Part shown: positions 52,819 to 62,234 of the stretch, in pieces
Layout of the letters: each line of letters starts with the position of its first letter
Numbering within the stretch: the stretch's first letter is position 1
Assembly: GCA_050173015.1 (NCBI GenBank)
Contig: JBFXLE010000006.1
Coordinates: 147,665 to 211,664 of the forward strand
Direction of reading: 5' to 3'
DNA: 64,000 bases
Source of the DNA: Calditrichaceae bacterium
GTDB lineage: Bacteria; Calditrichota; Calditrichia; Calditrichales; JBFXGD01
The notes under the pieces: generated by a model
What the model saw: the letters and a program-made list of their open reading frames with translations, nothing else
Told to the model about the DNA's origin: nothing
The model's database searches: none
Made by a program: the position numbers and the translations under genes

Positions 52819-55044
52819 ATGGCGTTCATAAGATTTTGTATTATAATCTGCCTGCTTTTTATGACGGTACCTGATCTGCGCGCACAACTTGCGATGGAAG
52901 ATCGCGATAAAGTTGTTTGCGGTGACCCTATTCTTCCTGATTCGGGCAGGGTCCGGGAATATTTCAAAAGAATTGCTTTGGAATCACCATCCCTTTTTAA
53001 ACAATTTGATCTTTCCGTAAAATCAACCTATGATATTGGAGATGAACGGATTTTTAATGTTTTAAATCTTGTAAATCCGGATAAAATAAAATTTGATCAG
53101 GTTACCGCCGTTTTGAAAGCGACTAATTCCGGTGTAAATATCTGGGTGGATAAGAATGAATTGTCGAACAATCATGTTACCGAGGCGGTTATTCAGAATA
53201 TTATCGACGGGCTCACGGTCAGCACGCCTCCGGAAAGCGCGGATCCCTCATCGGGCATCGTTGAAATTGAAACAGATATCTTTGGAAATCCTCCGGATAT
53301 TGATAAAAACAGCACGGTAGAATTTCTTCTTGTGGATATCAAAGATGGATGGAAAGGCGAAGGCAGCTATATAGGCGGATTTTTTTATTCACTGGATCAA
53401 CTGGTCAATCAGACCGGCTCCAACAAAGCAGATATGCTTTATATTGATACCTATCCCGGTATATTTTATGAAAATGAGTACGGGTCATCTTATACCACCC
53501 AAAAAGCGCTGGCCACGGTTGCCCATGAATTCCAGCATCTGATTCAATTTAACTATGATAAAGATGAATCAGATTTTATAAATGAAGGCTTGTCTGAGCT
53601 TGCCAGTTATGTCACCGGTTACGGATTACGCAATCCGACCCCATATCTGATGGATACCGGTATCAGTCTTAACACCTGGGATAATACGTCCAACGATGCC
53701 AGTCTTAAACATTACGCGAAGGTCGCTCTATGGGATTACTATCTGTATGAAAAGTATCAGAGTGTCTTTATACGAAATCTGACTCAGGATCCCAATAATG
53801 GCATAACCGGTATTAACAGCGCTCTCTCAAAAAGCGGAATGTCAGAAAAATTTGATCAGGTGCTGAAAGAATTTTTTTTAACACTTGTCTCAAACAATCC
53901 GGATGTGTTGCCTCAGTATAGCTTTAACAAGACTGATCTAAGGTATCTTCAGGCAAAGCCCAAAAAACTCGCGGACCATTATCCGGTAAGTTATGATATA
54001 GAAACAAAACCTTATTCGCTGAATTTGGTGTCCTGGACAAACGGGGACACGCTTAAAATTGATATGAGCGGAGCGTTTTTCGGGGATATTTACCTGAATA
54101 AATCAGGTGTGAATCAGTTGACTCTTTTGGAAAACGCATCCGGATTTCCGTCGATTGATCCCGAATTTGGGACATCTCATCATACCCAGACACTTTCCTT
54201 TTTGAATAATACCGAAACTACGGGACGAATAACCCTGACGGGTGAGGCCCGGGAAAAATATTATATTACCACCCTTGAATATGGAAGTGAGAAGCCGACT
54301 TTTAATATTTCATCGGAAAACAATATTAACGCGATTCATTTTGCAGCGCCCTACGATTCCACATTGATAAAATCGATCAGATTTTATAACGGCGCGTCAG
54401 TTCCGGTGCGCGTACATATTTATCAGCAGGCAATCAAAGCGGGTCAGGTTCCACTGTCTTATTCAGTGACCATTCCAAACACCTATGCCTACGAATGGGT
54501 GACAATCGATGTGGAAGATTTACAGATATATCGGAATCAGAACGAATTTCTGGATGTGGGAATCGAATATTTTGATGAGGGCAGCCTGGGTTATGAAGCG
54601 GTAAGCAATCGCGCCGGTTATTCTTTTATTAAATTTCCCGATCAGCCGTTCAGGATTTTAAGTGATTTCAAAGTAGGGGATAATCTAAATCTTTCGGGAA
54701 TATGGATGATAGAGGTTGATGCGGCGGTTCCTGTTTATCATCGTCCGCAGGGGGATGAAGCAACAAAAATCACTTTGCTAAGCTGTTTCCCGAATCCATA
54801 CAATCGAACGGTAGCATCGACAATAACCTTTGAATATGAATATGAAGGCCGGGATCCTGTTAATCTTGATATTTTTAATATTCTGGGACAACGGGTATAT
54901 TCATTTAGAGATACAGATTTGACCGGTAGGATTGACTGGGATGGCACTGATCAGAAAGGCGCGGATGTGGCGTCAGGAACCTATATTATCCGGTTGATGA
55001 CAGCCGGGAGCGCGGTGTTTGCCAAACTAATGATCATTAAATAA
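52819..55044 (+). CDS. Secreted zinc metallopeptidase (M30/hyicolysin-like) with T9SS/FlgD-type CTD
   Basis: Signal peptide, TVAHEFQHLI...FINEGLSE, FPNPYN...WDGTD...ASGTY...KLMIIK. Confidence 0.8.
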   Translation: MAFIRFCIIICLLFMTVPDLRAQLAMEDRDKVVCGDPILPDSGRVREYFKRIALESPSLFKQFDLSVKSTYDIGDERIFNVLNLVNPDKIKFDQVTAVLKATNSGVNIWVDKNELSNNHVTEAVIQNIIDGLTVSTPPESADPSSGIVEIETDIFGNPPDIDKNSTVEFLLVDIKDGWKGEGSYIGGFFYSLDQLVNQTGSNKADMLYIDTYPGIFYENEYGSSYTTQKALATVAHEFQHLIQFNYDKDESDFINEGLSELASYVTGYGLRNPTPYLMDTGISLNTWDNTSNDASLKHYAKVALWDYYLYEKYQSVFIRNLTQDPNNGITGINSALSKSGMSEKFDQVLKEFFLTLVSNNPDVLPQYSFNKTDLRYLQAKPKKLADHYPVSYDIETKPYSLNLVSWTNGDTLKIDMSGAFFGDIYLNKSGVNQLTLLENASGFPSIDPEFGTSHHTQTLSFLNNTETTGRITLTGEAREKYYITTLEYGSEKPTFNISSENNINAIHFAAPYDSTLIKSIRFYNGASVPVRVHIYQQAIKAGQVPLSYSVTIPNTYAYEWVTIDVEDLQIYRNQNEFLDVGIEYFDEGSLGYEAVSNRAGYSFIKFPDQPFRILSDFKVGDNLNLSGIWMIEVDAAVPVYHRPQGDEATKITLLSCFPNPYNRTVASTITFEYEYEGRDPVNLDIFNILGQRVYSFRDTDLTGRIDWDGTDQKGADVASGTYIIRLMTAGSAVFAKLMIIK

Positions 55045-55566
55045 TTGCACTTGTTTAGGTGGATGTAATATTTATTAAAAGAATTATGAACTTATGGATG
55101 ACTGCTGTATATTAATACAGCCGGTTTCTATGGATAATCTGAATGTGGAATAGCGAAAAATCATTGCAAATGCAATTTTTATACATGCTTAGGCATAAAA
55201 AATGAATATATTTAAGATTAGGGATTGCATTTTAATCAGGATATTGTAAATTTGTATGGTCTTTTAGCTATATCCGGGGGAAAAGACATTACAAACTGTG
55301 TGGCCGTTTGTTTAAATACAATGTGATACCGGATGAATTATGTTCTTTCACTCTTTACTCCTGGATGCTCGTGAATATTAACAGAAACGAAACCTGATCC
55401 GCCAGCGGAATTATCTTACTCCAGTATTGTAACGAAAAGTATGGTCATAAAATATTGATGGTTCTGTAAATGTAGTCCAAAAATTTTATGAGGAAACCAT
55501 TTATGAAGAATTTTTACAGTACGATTATTTCTAAAACCTGCCCAAAAGCCCATAAATACAAAACAC

Positions 55567-55608
55567 TTGACAATAAATTGTTTTTTTTTTAAAGTGATGA
55601 TTATCACA
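55567..55608 (+). promoter_or_regulatory. sigma70 promoter with T10 tract in the spacer and an overlapping palindromic operator
   Basis: TTGACA-N17-TAAAGT; AGTGA-N6-TCACA at 55593-55608. Confidence 0.55.
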
Positions 55609-55740
55609 CACTCGTTAAAAGCTTGAAAATTAAGATAAGTAGAATAAAACCAACAGGAGGTGAAGTATGACATGATGTGTAGCCGCATACATTGACTATT
55701 AATTAGCGCATTTAAGTCATTAATTTGTGGAGGTAGTAGG

Positions 55741-58695
55741 ATGTTCAAAAAAATGCTTTTATTATTGATCGTCTTAGCCATGCCGATGTATATTTTCGCG
55801 CAATCGTCCGGAAAGATCATTGGTGTGATTAAAGACAAAGATACGGGTGAGCCATTACCCGGGGTCAATGTTTTTCTGCAAGATACATACATCGGCTCAA
55901 CAACTGATGTCGATGGCTATTTTGTACTCTTAAATGTACCGGTTGGTACCTTCAACCTGGAAGTCAGCTATGTTGGGTATCAAAGTATTGTGTTTGAGAA
56001 TATTCGTGTTTCAGCAAACGTGACGACGGAACAGAATGCTTCGTTAGCGCCCACAACCCTTGAGTTGGGTGAAGCGGTTGTTGTAACGGCAGAACGTCCG
56101 TTGGTTGAAAAACATGTTACTCAGAGTATCTCAAAGGTCACAGGTGAAGATCTTGCTTCAATACCTGTTCGTGGCACGCAGAATATTCTTGCCATTCAGG
56201 CAAGTGTTGTTGTTCAGGATGGTAATGTTCATGTTCGCGGTGGTCGTGCATCCGAAACCGGTTACTATGTAGACGGTGCCGCCACAATGGATCCTGTAAG
56301 CAGAACGAATGCGGTTCATGTTATTCAGGAATCTGTTGAGGAAATCCAGGTACTTACCGGTGGTTACACGGCTGAATTTGGTGACGCTAACTCCGGTATT
56401 GTTCGTACGGACATGAAAACCGGTGGTTCTGACTATCATATTTCATTTGATGCCCAAACCGATAAATTTGCGGATAGCGGTGACGAATTTTTGGGTACAA
56501 CAAGCTATCGTGAACATATTCTTTCCTTAACCGCCAGCGGTCCGATAATGGGCAAAAACATTCGTTTCTTCGTTGCAGCGGAAAATCAGGATATAGGAGA
56601 TACCGTTAAGCGGTATAGCTCCGGGTTTGAGTTTAATAATCTTGTGGATAGCGAGCCAAAGAACGCAAATGTCATTGACGGAAATCCTGATACAGTTTCG
56701 ACGCTAAATTATCCGGACGGATATACACCAAGGAATGAATTTGAGCGCTGGTCAGTCAATAGCACATTATTGTTTGATTATAATCCTTATAAGTTCCGTG
56801 TAAGCGCAATCTATAACTGGAGCAAGGATTATACAGACGATACTCCGATGCTGAGCACATTAAATACGCGTGAGCAGGCTCTGAACAATAATCAGGTTCT
56901 TTTGTCCGGAAAGTTTACGCATGTTTTGAATCCGACCACTTATTATGATGTCAACCTCAGCTACTATTATGACACCAATGAGATGGAAGACGATTGGTTT
57001 GGAACAGACTGGCAGTCGTGGCAGGACAGCGCTAAGGTGTCCGATTATACAGGAGGCAGGGTAACCTACCGGGATAAATGGACTGAAGATTATGATTATT
57101 TGTTCAATGGTTTTCAATTCACAAGAGACGGTACGGTTGAAAGGGCATATTATAAAGATGAACAAACATATATCGGCGGCAGCTTCGATTTTGTAAGCCA
57201 GCTTACCAAAAATCATGAAGTCAAGGTTGGTATGAATGCCCGGAAATATACGATCCGCAGATACCAGATGGACACAGGCGTGATGAGGACAGTGGAGCCT
57301 GGCGGCTCTATTGAAAATGTGTCGGATCAAAGATTAGCCGCATATGCGGGAAATACGTATGGATATGATCTTCTGGGTAATGAGATTGATGACGGATTTG
57401 ACGGACCAAAAGAACCGTTCTTCTTTGCCGGATATATACAGGATAAAATTGAGTATAAAGATTTAATTGTTAATGTCGGTTTGCGGTATGATTATTTTTA
57501 TACCGATGATCGTGTGTTAAAAAATCCGGATAATCCGGATGTCAATCCTGAAACTTTCCAGGTAGCGTTTTATGAATGGGAAGAGAAAGATCCAATGACT
57601 TTCCTGAGCCCGCGTATAGGGATTTCTTTTCCCGTGAGTGAAAAAACCGTGTTTTATACTCAATATGGTATTTTTTACCAGCTTCCGCAGCTGAATGATT
57701 TTTACTATGGTTCGTGGTCTTATGCATCTCAGATTGGCTCCGGAGGTTATTATTATATCAACCCGGTCGGTTATGATCTCGATGAGCAGAAAACAACATC
57801 TTATGAAGTCGGTTTCCGTCAGCAGTTAGGAGAATTTGCTTCATTTGATATCTCCGGCTTTTATAAAAATATTGAAGGTCAGGTTCAGGTTGGCCGAACT
57901 GAAGCAGCGGCGGGGTCGGATATCAGCACCTATCTGAGCCTCGAAAATGGCGATTTTGCGACAACGAAGGGTCTTGAGTTTAAGTTAACCATGCGTAGAT
58001 ATAATCGCCTGCAGGCGCAGTTCAATTATACCCTGACTGATGCCGAAGGCGTCGGATCTAACGAAACCTCATATATGTCGGCTGTTTATAATGTGTCTGA
58101 AACTCCAAAAACACTAAACCCGTTAGATTATTCGCAGACGCACCGCGGTTCAGTCAATCTGGATTACCGGTTTGGTAAAGGTGATGGCGGGAAAGTTTTC
58201 GAACAATCCGGAATTAATATGTTGTTCAATTTTAGCAGCGGCCATTCATATACGTATGTATATTATTCTCCGGGAGGTCAGGTAAGCCCCTATGACGCAG
58301 GTATTGATTATATGCTTGATACGCGCACAAGGGAAGCTCTGGAACCTGTGAATGCATCAACAACTCCATGGACTTATACGGTTGATCTTTACATGGACAA
58401 ATCCTTTGACTTAATGGAAAAACTGAAGGCCACTCTTTATATGAGGGTGACAAATTTATTCGATACGCAAAACACAATAAATGTATTTCCTGCCACGGGA
58501 AATGCTGAAGACGATGGATTTCTTTACGACCGTGCGCGTTCACAGACTTATATTGATAAATATGGCGGTCAGGATTATATCGATATGTATCAGGCAATTA
58601 ACCTGGATAATGGCCAGGCTTATTGGGACGCGACAGGTAATCAGCTTTATGATCAGCCAAGACAGATTTTCTTTGGAATAAAGCTGAATTACTAA
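55741..58695 (+). CDS. TonB-dependent receptor with N-terminal carboxypeptidase-regulatory-like domain
   Basis: GKIIG...TGEPLPGVNV; plug HVRGGR..E..YYVDG and EEIQVLTGGYTAEFG; C-terminal PRQIFFGIKLNY. Confidence 0.92.
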   Translation: MFKKMLLLLIVLAMPMYIFAQSSGKIIGVIKDKDTGEPLPGVNVFLQDTYIGSTTDVDGYFVLLNVPVGTFNLEVSYVGYQSIVFENIRVSANVTTEQNASLAPTTLELGEAVVVTAERPLVEKHVTQSISKVTGEDLASIPVRGTQNILAIQASVVVQDGNVHVRGGRASETGYYVDGAATMDPVSRTNAVHVIQESVEEIQVLTGGYTAEFGDANSGIVRTDMKTGGSDYHISFDAQTDKFADSGDEFLGTTSYREHILSLTASGPIMGKNIRFFVAAENQDIGDTVKRYSSGFEFNNLVDSEPKNANVIDGNPDTVSTLNYPDGYTPRNEFERWSVNSTLLFDYNPYKFRVSAIYNWSKDYTDDTPMLSTLNTREQALNNNQVLLSGKFTHVLNPTTYYDVNLSYYYDTNEMEDDWFGTDWQSWQDSAKVSDYTGGRVTYRDKWTEDYDYLFNGFQFTRDGTVERAYYKDEQTYIGGSFDFVSQLTKNHEVKVGMNARKYTIRRYQMDTGVMRTVEPGGSIENVSDQRLAAYAGNTYGYDLLGNEIDDGFDGPKEPFFFAGYIQDKIEYKDLIVNVGLRYDYFYTDDRVLKNPDNPDVNPETFQVAFYEWEEKDPMTFLSPRIGISFPVSEKTVFYTQYGIFYQLPQLNDFYYGSWSYASQIGSGGYYYINPVGYDLDEQKTTSYEVGFRQQLGEFASFDISGFYKNIEGQVQVGRTEAAAGSDISTYLSLENGDFATTKGLEFKLTMRRYNRLQAQFNYTLTDAEGVGSNETSYMSAVYNVSETPKTLNPLDYSQTHRGSVNLDYRFGKGDGGKVFEQSGINMLFNFSSGHSYTYVYYSPGGQVSPYDAGIDYMLDTRTREALEPVNASTTPWTYTVDLYMDKSFDLMEKLKATLYMRVTNLFDTQNTINVFPATGNAEDDGFLYDRARSQTYIDKYGGQDYIDMYQAINLDNGQAYWDATGNQLYDQPRQIFFGIKLNY

Positions 58696-58750
58696 TGGAA
58701 ATATGGATAATTGTGATACAAATTATTTAAGATTAAGTTAAGGAGCTAAC

Positions 58751-61700
58751 ATGGGTAAAAGGAATAGAAATGTTCCCCTGATGTTGTTGCTGGGGATGGT
58801 TTTCATTCTCTATGGCAGCAATCTTTTTGCAAGGGGAGATATAGGCAGCGAGCAGAATAATCAGGTGAGCTTGTTAAAAACTGCCGCTGACAAGGTAACC
58901 CAGACGATGTCTAATATCGGTAACTGGGGGTATTGGATAAATTATCACGGTCAATCTGCTCATGATCCATTCGTAAATGGTTCGGGTGGTTACTATCCAC
59001 GTGGAACCGCCGCCGTTCTATATATGGACGGATTTATTTGGGGCGGATATGTAAGAACCCCAACCCCAACTGTCAACCCGCGTGTCGGAGGATGGGGATT
59101 TTCAATTGGCACCCAGGCGGGGTGGATTGACGCTTCAGGGAACGCTGTGGATCCGGCGAATCCAAGAGTTCGCACATATCGTATCCGCACAGACTGGGAG
59201 ACCTTGACCAAGGATGATGTTAGGAAAGATGCCTCGGAGCTGAATGATGTAAAAGAAGAAAACGTGACGGAATCCATGACACAGGCCATTTTGGATCAAT
59301 ATGCAGCGGATTGGAATGAATGGCCGGTAGATCTTGGTGCTCCATGGGTTGATAAAAATGACAATGGAGTCTGGGATGGCCCGGATATTGATGAGCCGGG
59401 TATCGCGAATGCCGATCAGGTAGTTTGGCAGGTGATTAATGATCTTAACTCCAGTAAAACAACAGCTCTCTATGGTTCTCCTCCGATCGGGTTAGAAGTG
59501 CAGATAACTTTGTGGCAATATAACCAGGCCGGCTCTTCGCTTGGACAGATCCTATTTAAGAAATATAAAGTAATTAATAAATCCGGATTTGCTATTGATT
59601 CCATGTTTGTCAGTCAGTTCGCGGATCCGGATCTTGGGAATGCCGCAGATGACTACGTGGGGGCAAATGTCGAAAAGAGTTTGCACTATGTTTACAATGC
59701 GTACGCAACTGACAGTGAATATGCCAATTTTGGTCTGCCTCCGGCAGCGGGCGGTTTCGATTTCTTTCAGGGACCTATCGTGCCATCAGTCGGAGATACG
59801 GCGATTTTTGATCTGAAATATAGAGAGGGTTTCAAAAACCTGCCAATGACGTCATTTGGATATTTTGCTGCCGGCGGTACTATCTCGGACCCGCCGATGG
59901 AAAAATATGAGGGCACATTACAATGGTATAATATGTTAAATGGCTATACCCCTACAAATGATTTAGATAATCCGACACCATATACTCATGTGACCGGGCC
60001 GAATGCCGGTGAACCGACAAAGTTTCCGTTGGATGGTGATCCTGTAACCAATAGCGGTGATGTGGATACTAATCCTGGCGACAGGCGTATGTTTGCCTGT
60101 TCAGGGCCATTCACTTTGGCCAACGGTGATACTCAGGAAGTGGTTCTTGCATTGGTTGGCGGTATTATCCAAGGAGAAGGTGGGACAAACCGTAATGCTG
60201 TTGCACAATTGTTGTTAACTGATGATTATGCTCAGTTTATTTATGATAATTTATTCCGCGGAATACCAAAACCTCCTGAATCACCCAAAGCGACCGCGAC
60301 AGCGTTGGAAAAGGAGATCGTTCTTAATTGGGGATCGGATCAGCAAGCGGTAGTAGCAACAGAAGCTGATGATCCGGTTTTAGGTTTTAATTTTGAAGGA
60401 TATAATGTTTACCAATTGCCAAGTTCGAGAGCTACAATTAGTGAAGGCAAGAAAATTGCAACCTTCGATAAAAATAACGGCGTACAGATTATTCGGGCGA
60501 AAAAATTCCTGGCGTCGTTCGGTGATGTTGTTGAAGTACCCGTCCAAAACGGAACCGATTCGGGGATCCAAAGGTACACGACCATCGATTGGGATTATTT
60601 AATGGATAGACCTCTGTATCAGGGAAACTCTTATTACTATGCAGTTACCGCCTACAATTACAGCAGTGATCCCACAGTTCCTGAACCTTCCCTCGAATCA
60701 TCGATTAATATTATGACGGTTGTGGTCCAATCAACTACTCCCGGTGTAAGATATGGCGCTGATGTCCAAAGTGAAGTACCCGTTAATCATGTTATGGGTT
60801 CAAGCGATGGCCAAATTCAGGTTACTGTCGTTGATCCTAAAAATGTCAATGGTCATGAGTATAAAATATTTTTTACTGATGACGGTGATACTAATTCAAC
60901 TACATATGGTCAAATACTCTGGAGTGTGGAAGATTTGACAGCAGGAATTACTGTTGTTGAGCTTCAGCCACAAACTTTAGACTTTTCCGATAATGATCAA
61001 GGGATATTTGATGGTCTTCAGGTAAAAGTTGCAGGACCTCCAAATGATTTTAAAAGCATTGTTGTTACAGCGAATGCAAATGGACCATTAGAAGAGCCAT
61101 TTCCATCCGGATTTCCTTATTATCAGGGAGGCCCGGGTTTGATTTCAAGCAATGATAACTATGACAACCAACAGGCAAATAGTGATGCCACATGGTTCCT
61201 GCATCAAAATGACCCTAGTGATGGTTCATATTCTACGTTTGTTGCCAAGGTTACTGGATATTCCGGAGGATATGGTGAACCAAATATGGGAATGGCTTTC
61301 TTTATACCGCGTGATTATGAAATTCGATTTACGGCTACGGGGAGTAAAGCATTATATAATTGGAGTGATCCTGTAGTGATGGGAACTGTCCCATTTGAGG
61401 TCTGGTGTGTTGGAGATGTAAATGATCCAAATGATGATTATCAGGTATTTGTGATGGTCAATGATGCTGATGAAAATGGGGAGTTTAATATACTTAATGA
61501 GGATCATGCGGCATCAGGCGCTAGCAATGATCCATATACTGATAGTTTTTATCTTGTTGAACCGCTCTCCAGAGATGCGGCAGGATACGATGCCCTGGTA
61601 GCGGCGGCTGAAGCTGATCCTGTTGGCGCAAATGCTGAATACTTGTGGGCCTACCTGACTGATTATGATCCATGGAACTGTGTTGCCGGTTTTATGAGAA

Positions 61701-62188
61701 TGGTCTTTGTCAATTGGAATGGTGGTGATGTTAGTGGCGGGAGCTATAATTCTGATATGCCTGAAGAAGGCACAGTAATAAGAATTATCACTACTAAACC
61801 CATTACAACTTCTGACGAATTCTCCTTTACTGCGCCGGAGAATACTTATAGTACATCATTGGCGGCAGAAGATGTTAAAAAAGTTAACGTGTTCCCAAAT
61901 CCTTACTATGCATATAATTCACTTGAAGAAAATCGATTCAGTCGATTTGTTACTTTCACTCACCTGCCTCAGGAAGCCACGCTTAGAATCTTTAACCTTG
62001 CCGGTTCTCAGGTTCGTAAGCTGGAGAAGAATGATCCAAATCAGTTCCTGAAGTGGGATCTGAAAAATGAAACGGAATTGCCGGTTGCGAGTGGTATCTA
62101 TATTATACATGTAGATATGAAAAAGCTTGGGACAAAGGTTCTGAAATTGGTAGTTATTCAGGGTGAACAGATTCTGAAATACTATTAA
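58751..62188 (+). CDS. Large secreted acidic protein with FN3-like domain and T9SS-type CTD
   Basis: Signal peptide; FEGYNVY...YYYAVTAY; VNVFPNPYY...WDLKN...VASGIYIIHV...KLVVI. Confidence 0.85.
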   Translation: MGKRNRNVPLMLLLGMVFILYGSNLFARGDIGSEQNNQVSLLKTAADKVTQTMSNIGNWGYWINYHGQSAHDPFVNGSGGYYPRGTAAVLYMDGFIWGGYVRTPTPTVNPRVGGWGFSIGTQAGWIDASGNAVDPANPRVRTYRIRTDWETLTKDDVRKDASELNDVKEENVTESMTQAILDQYAADWNEWPVDLGAPWVDKNDNGVWDGPDIDEPGIANADQVVWQVINDLNSSKTTALYGSPPIGLEVQITLWQYNQAGSSLGQILFKKYKVINKSGFAIDSMFVSQFADPDLGNAADDYVGANVEKSLHYVYNAYATDSEYANFGLPPAAGGFDFFQGPIVPSVGDTAIFDLKYREGFKNLPMTSFGYFAAGGTISDPPMEKYEGTLQWYNMLNGYTPTNDLDNPTPYTHVTGPNAGEPTKFPLDGDPVTNSGDVDTNPGDRRMFACSGPFTLANGDTQEVVLALVGGIIQGEGGTNRNAVAQLLLTDDYAQFIYDNLFRGIPKPPESPKATATALEKEIVLNWGSDQQAVVATEADDPVLGFNFEGYNVYQLPSSRATISEGKKIATFDKNNGVQIIRAKKFLASFGDVVEVPVQNGTDSGIQRYTTIDWDYLMDRPLYQGNSYYYAVTAYNYSSDPTVPEPSLESSINIMTVVVQSTTPGVRYGADVQSEVPVNHVMGSSDGQIQVTVVDPKNVNGHEYKIFFTDDGDTNSTTYGQILWSVEDLTAGITVVELQPQTLDFSDNDQGIFDGLQVKVAGPPNDFKSIVVTANANGPLEEPFPSGFPYYQGGPGLISSNDNYDNQQANSDATWFLHQNDPSDGSYSTFVAKVTGYSGGYGEPNMGMAFFIPRDYEIRFTATGSKALYNWSDPVVMGTVPFEVWCVGDVNDPNDDYQVFVMVNDADENGEFNILNEDHAASGASNDPYTDSFYLVEPLSRDAAGYDALVAAAEADPVGANAEYLWAYLTDYDPWNCVAGFMRMVFVNWNGGDVSGGSYNSDMPEEGTVIRIITTKPITTSDEFSFTAPENTYSTSLAAEDVKKVNVFPNPYYAYNSLEENRFSRFVTFTHLPQEATLRIFNLAGSQVRKLEKNDPNQFLKWDLKNETELPVASGIYIIHVDMKKLGTKVLKLVVIQGEQILKYY

Positions 62189-62234
62189 AATCAAATCAAA
62201 CAAGCATGATAAGGAAATAATTTAGGAGTGAATA

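Noticed and set aside
55416-55892. 158-aa minus-strand ORF
   Set aside because: Overlaps the TonB receptor start and its promoter; composition is not protein-like.
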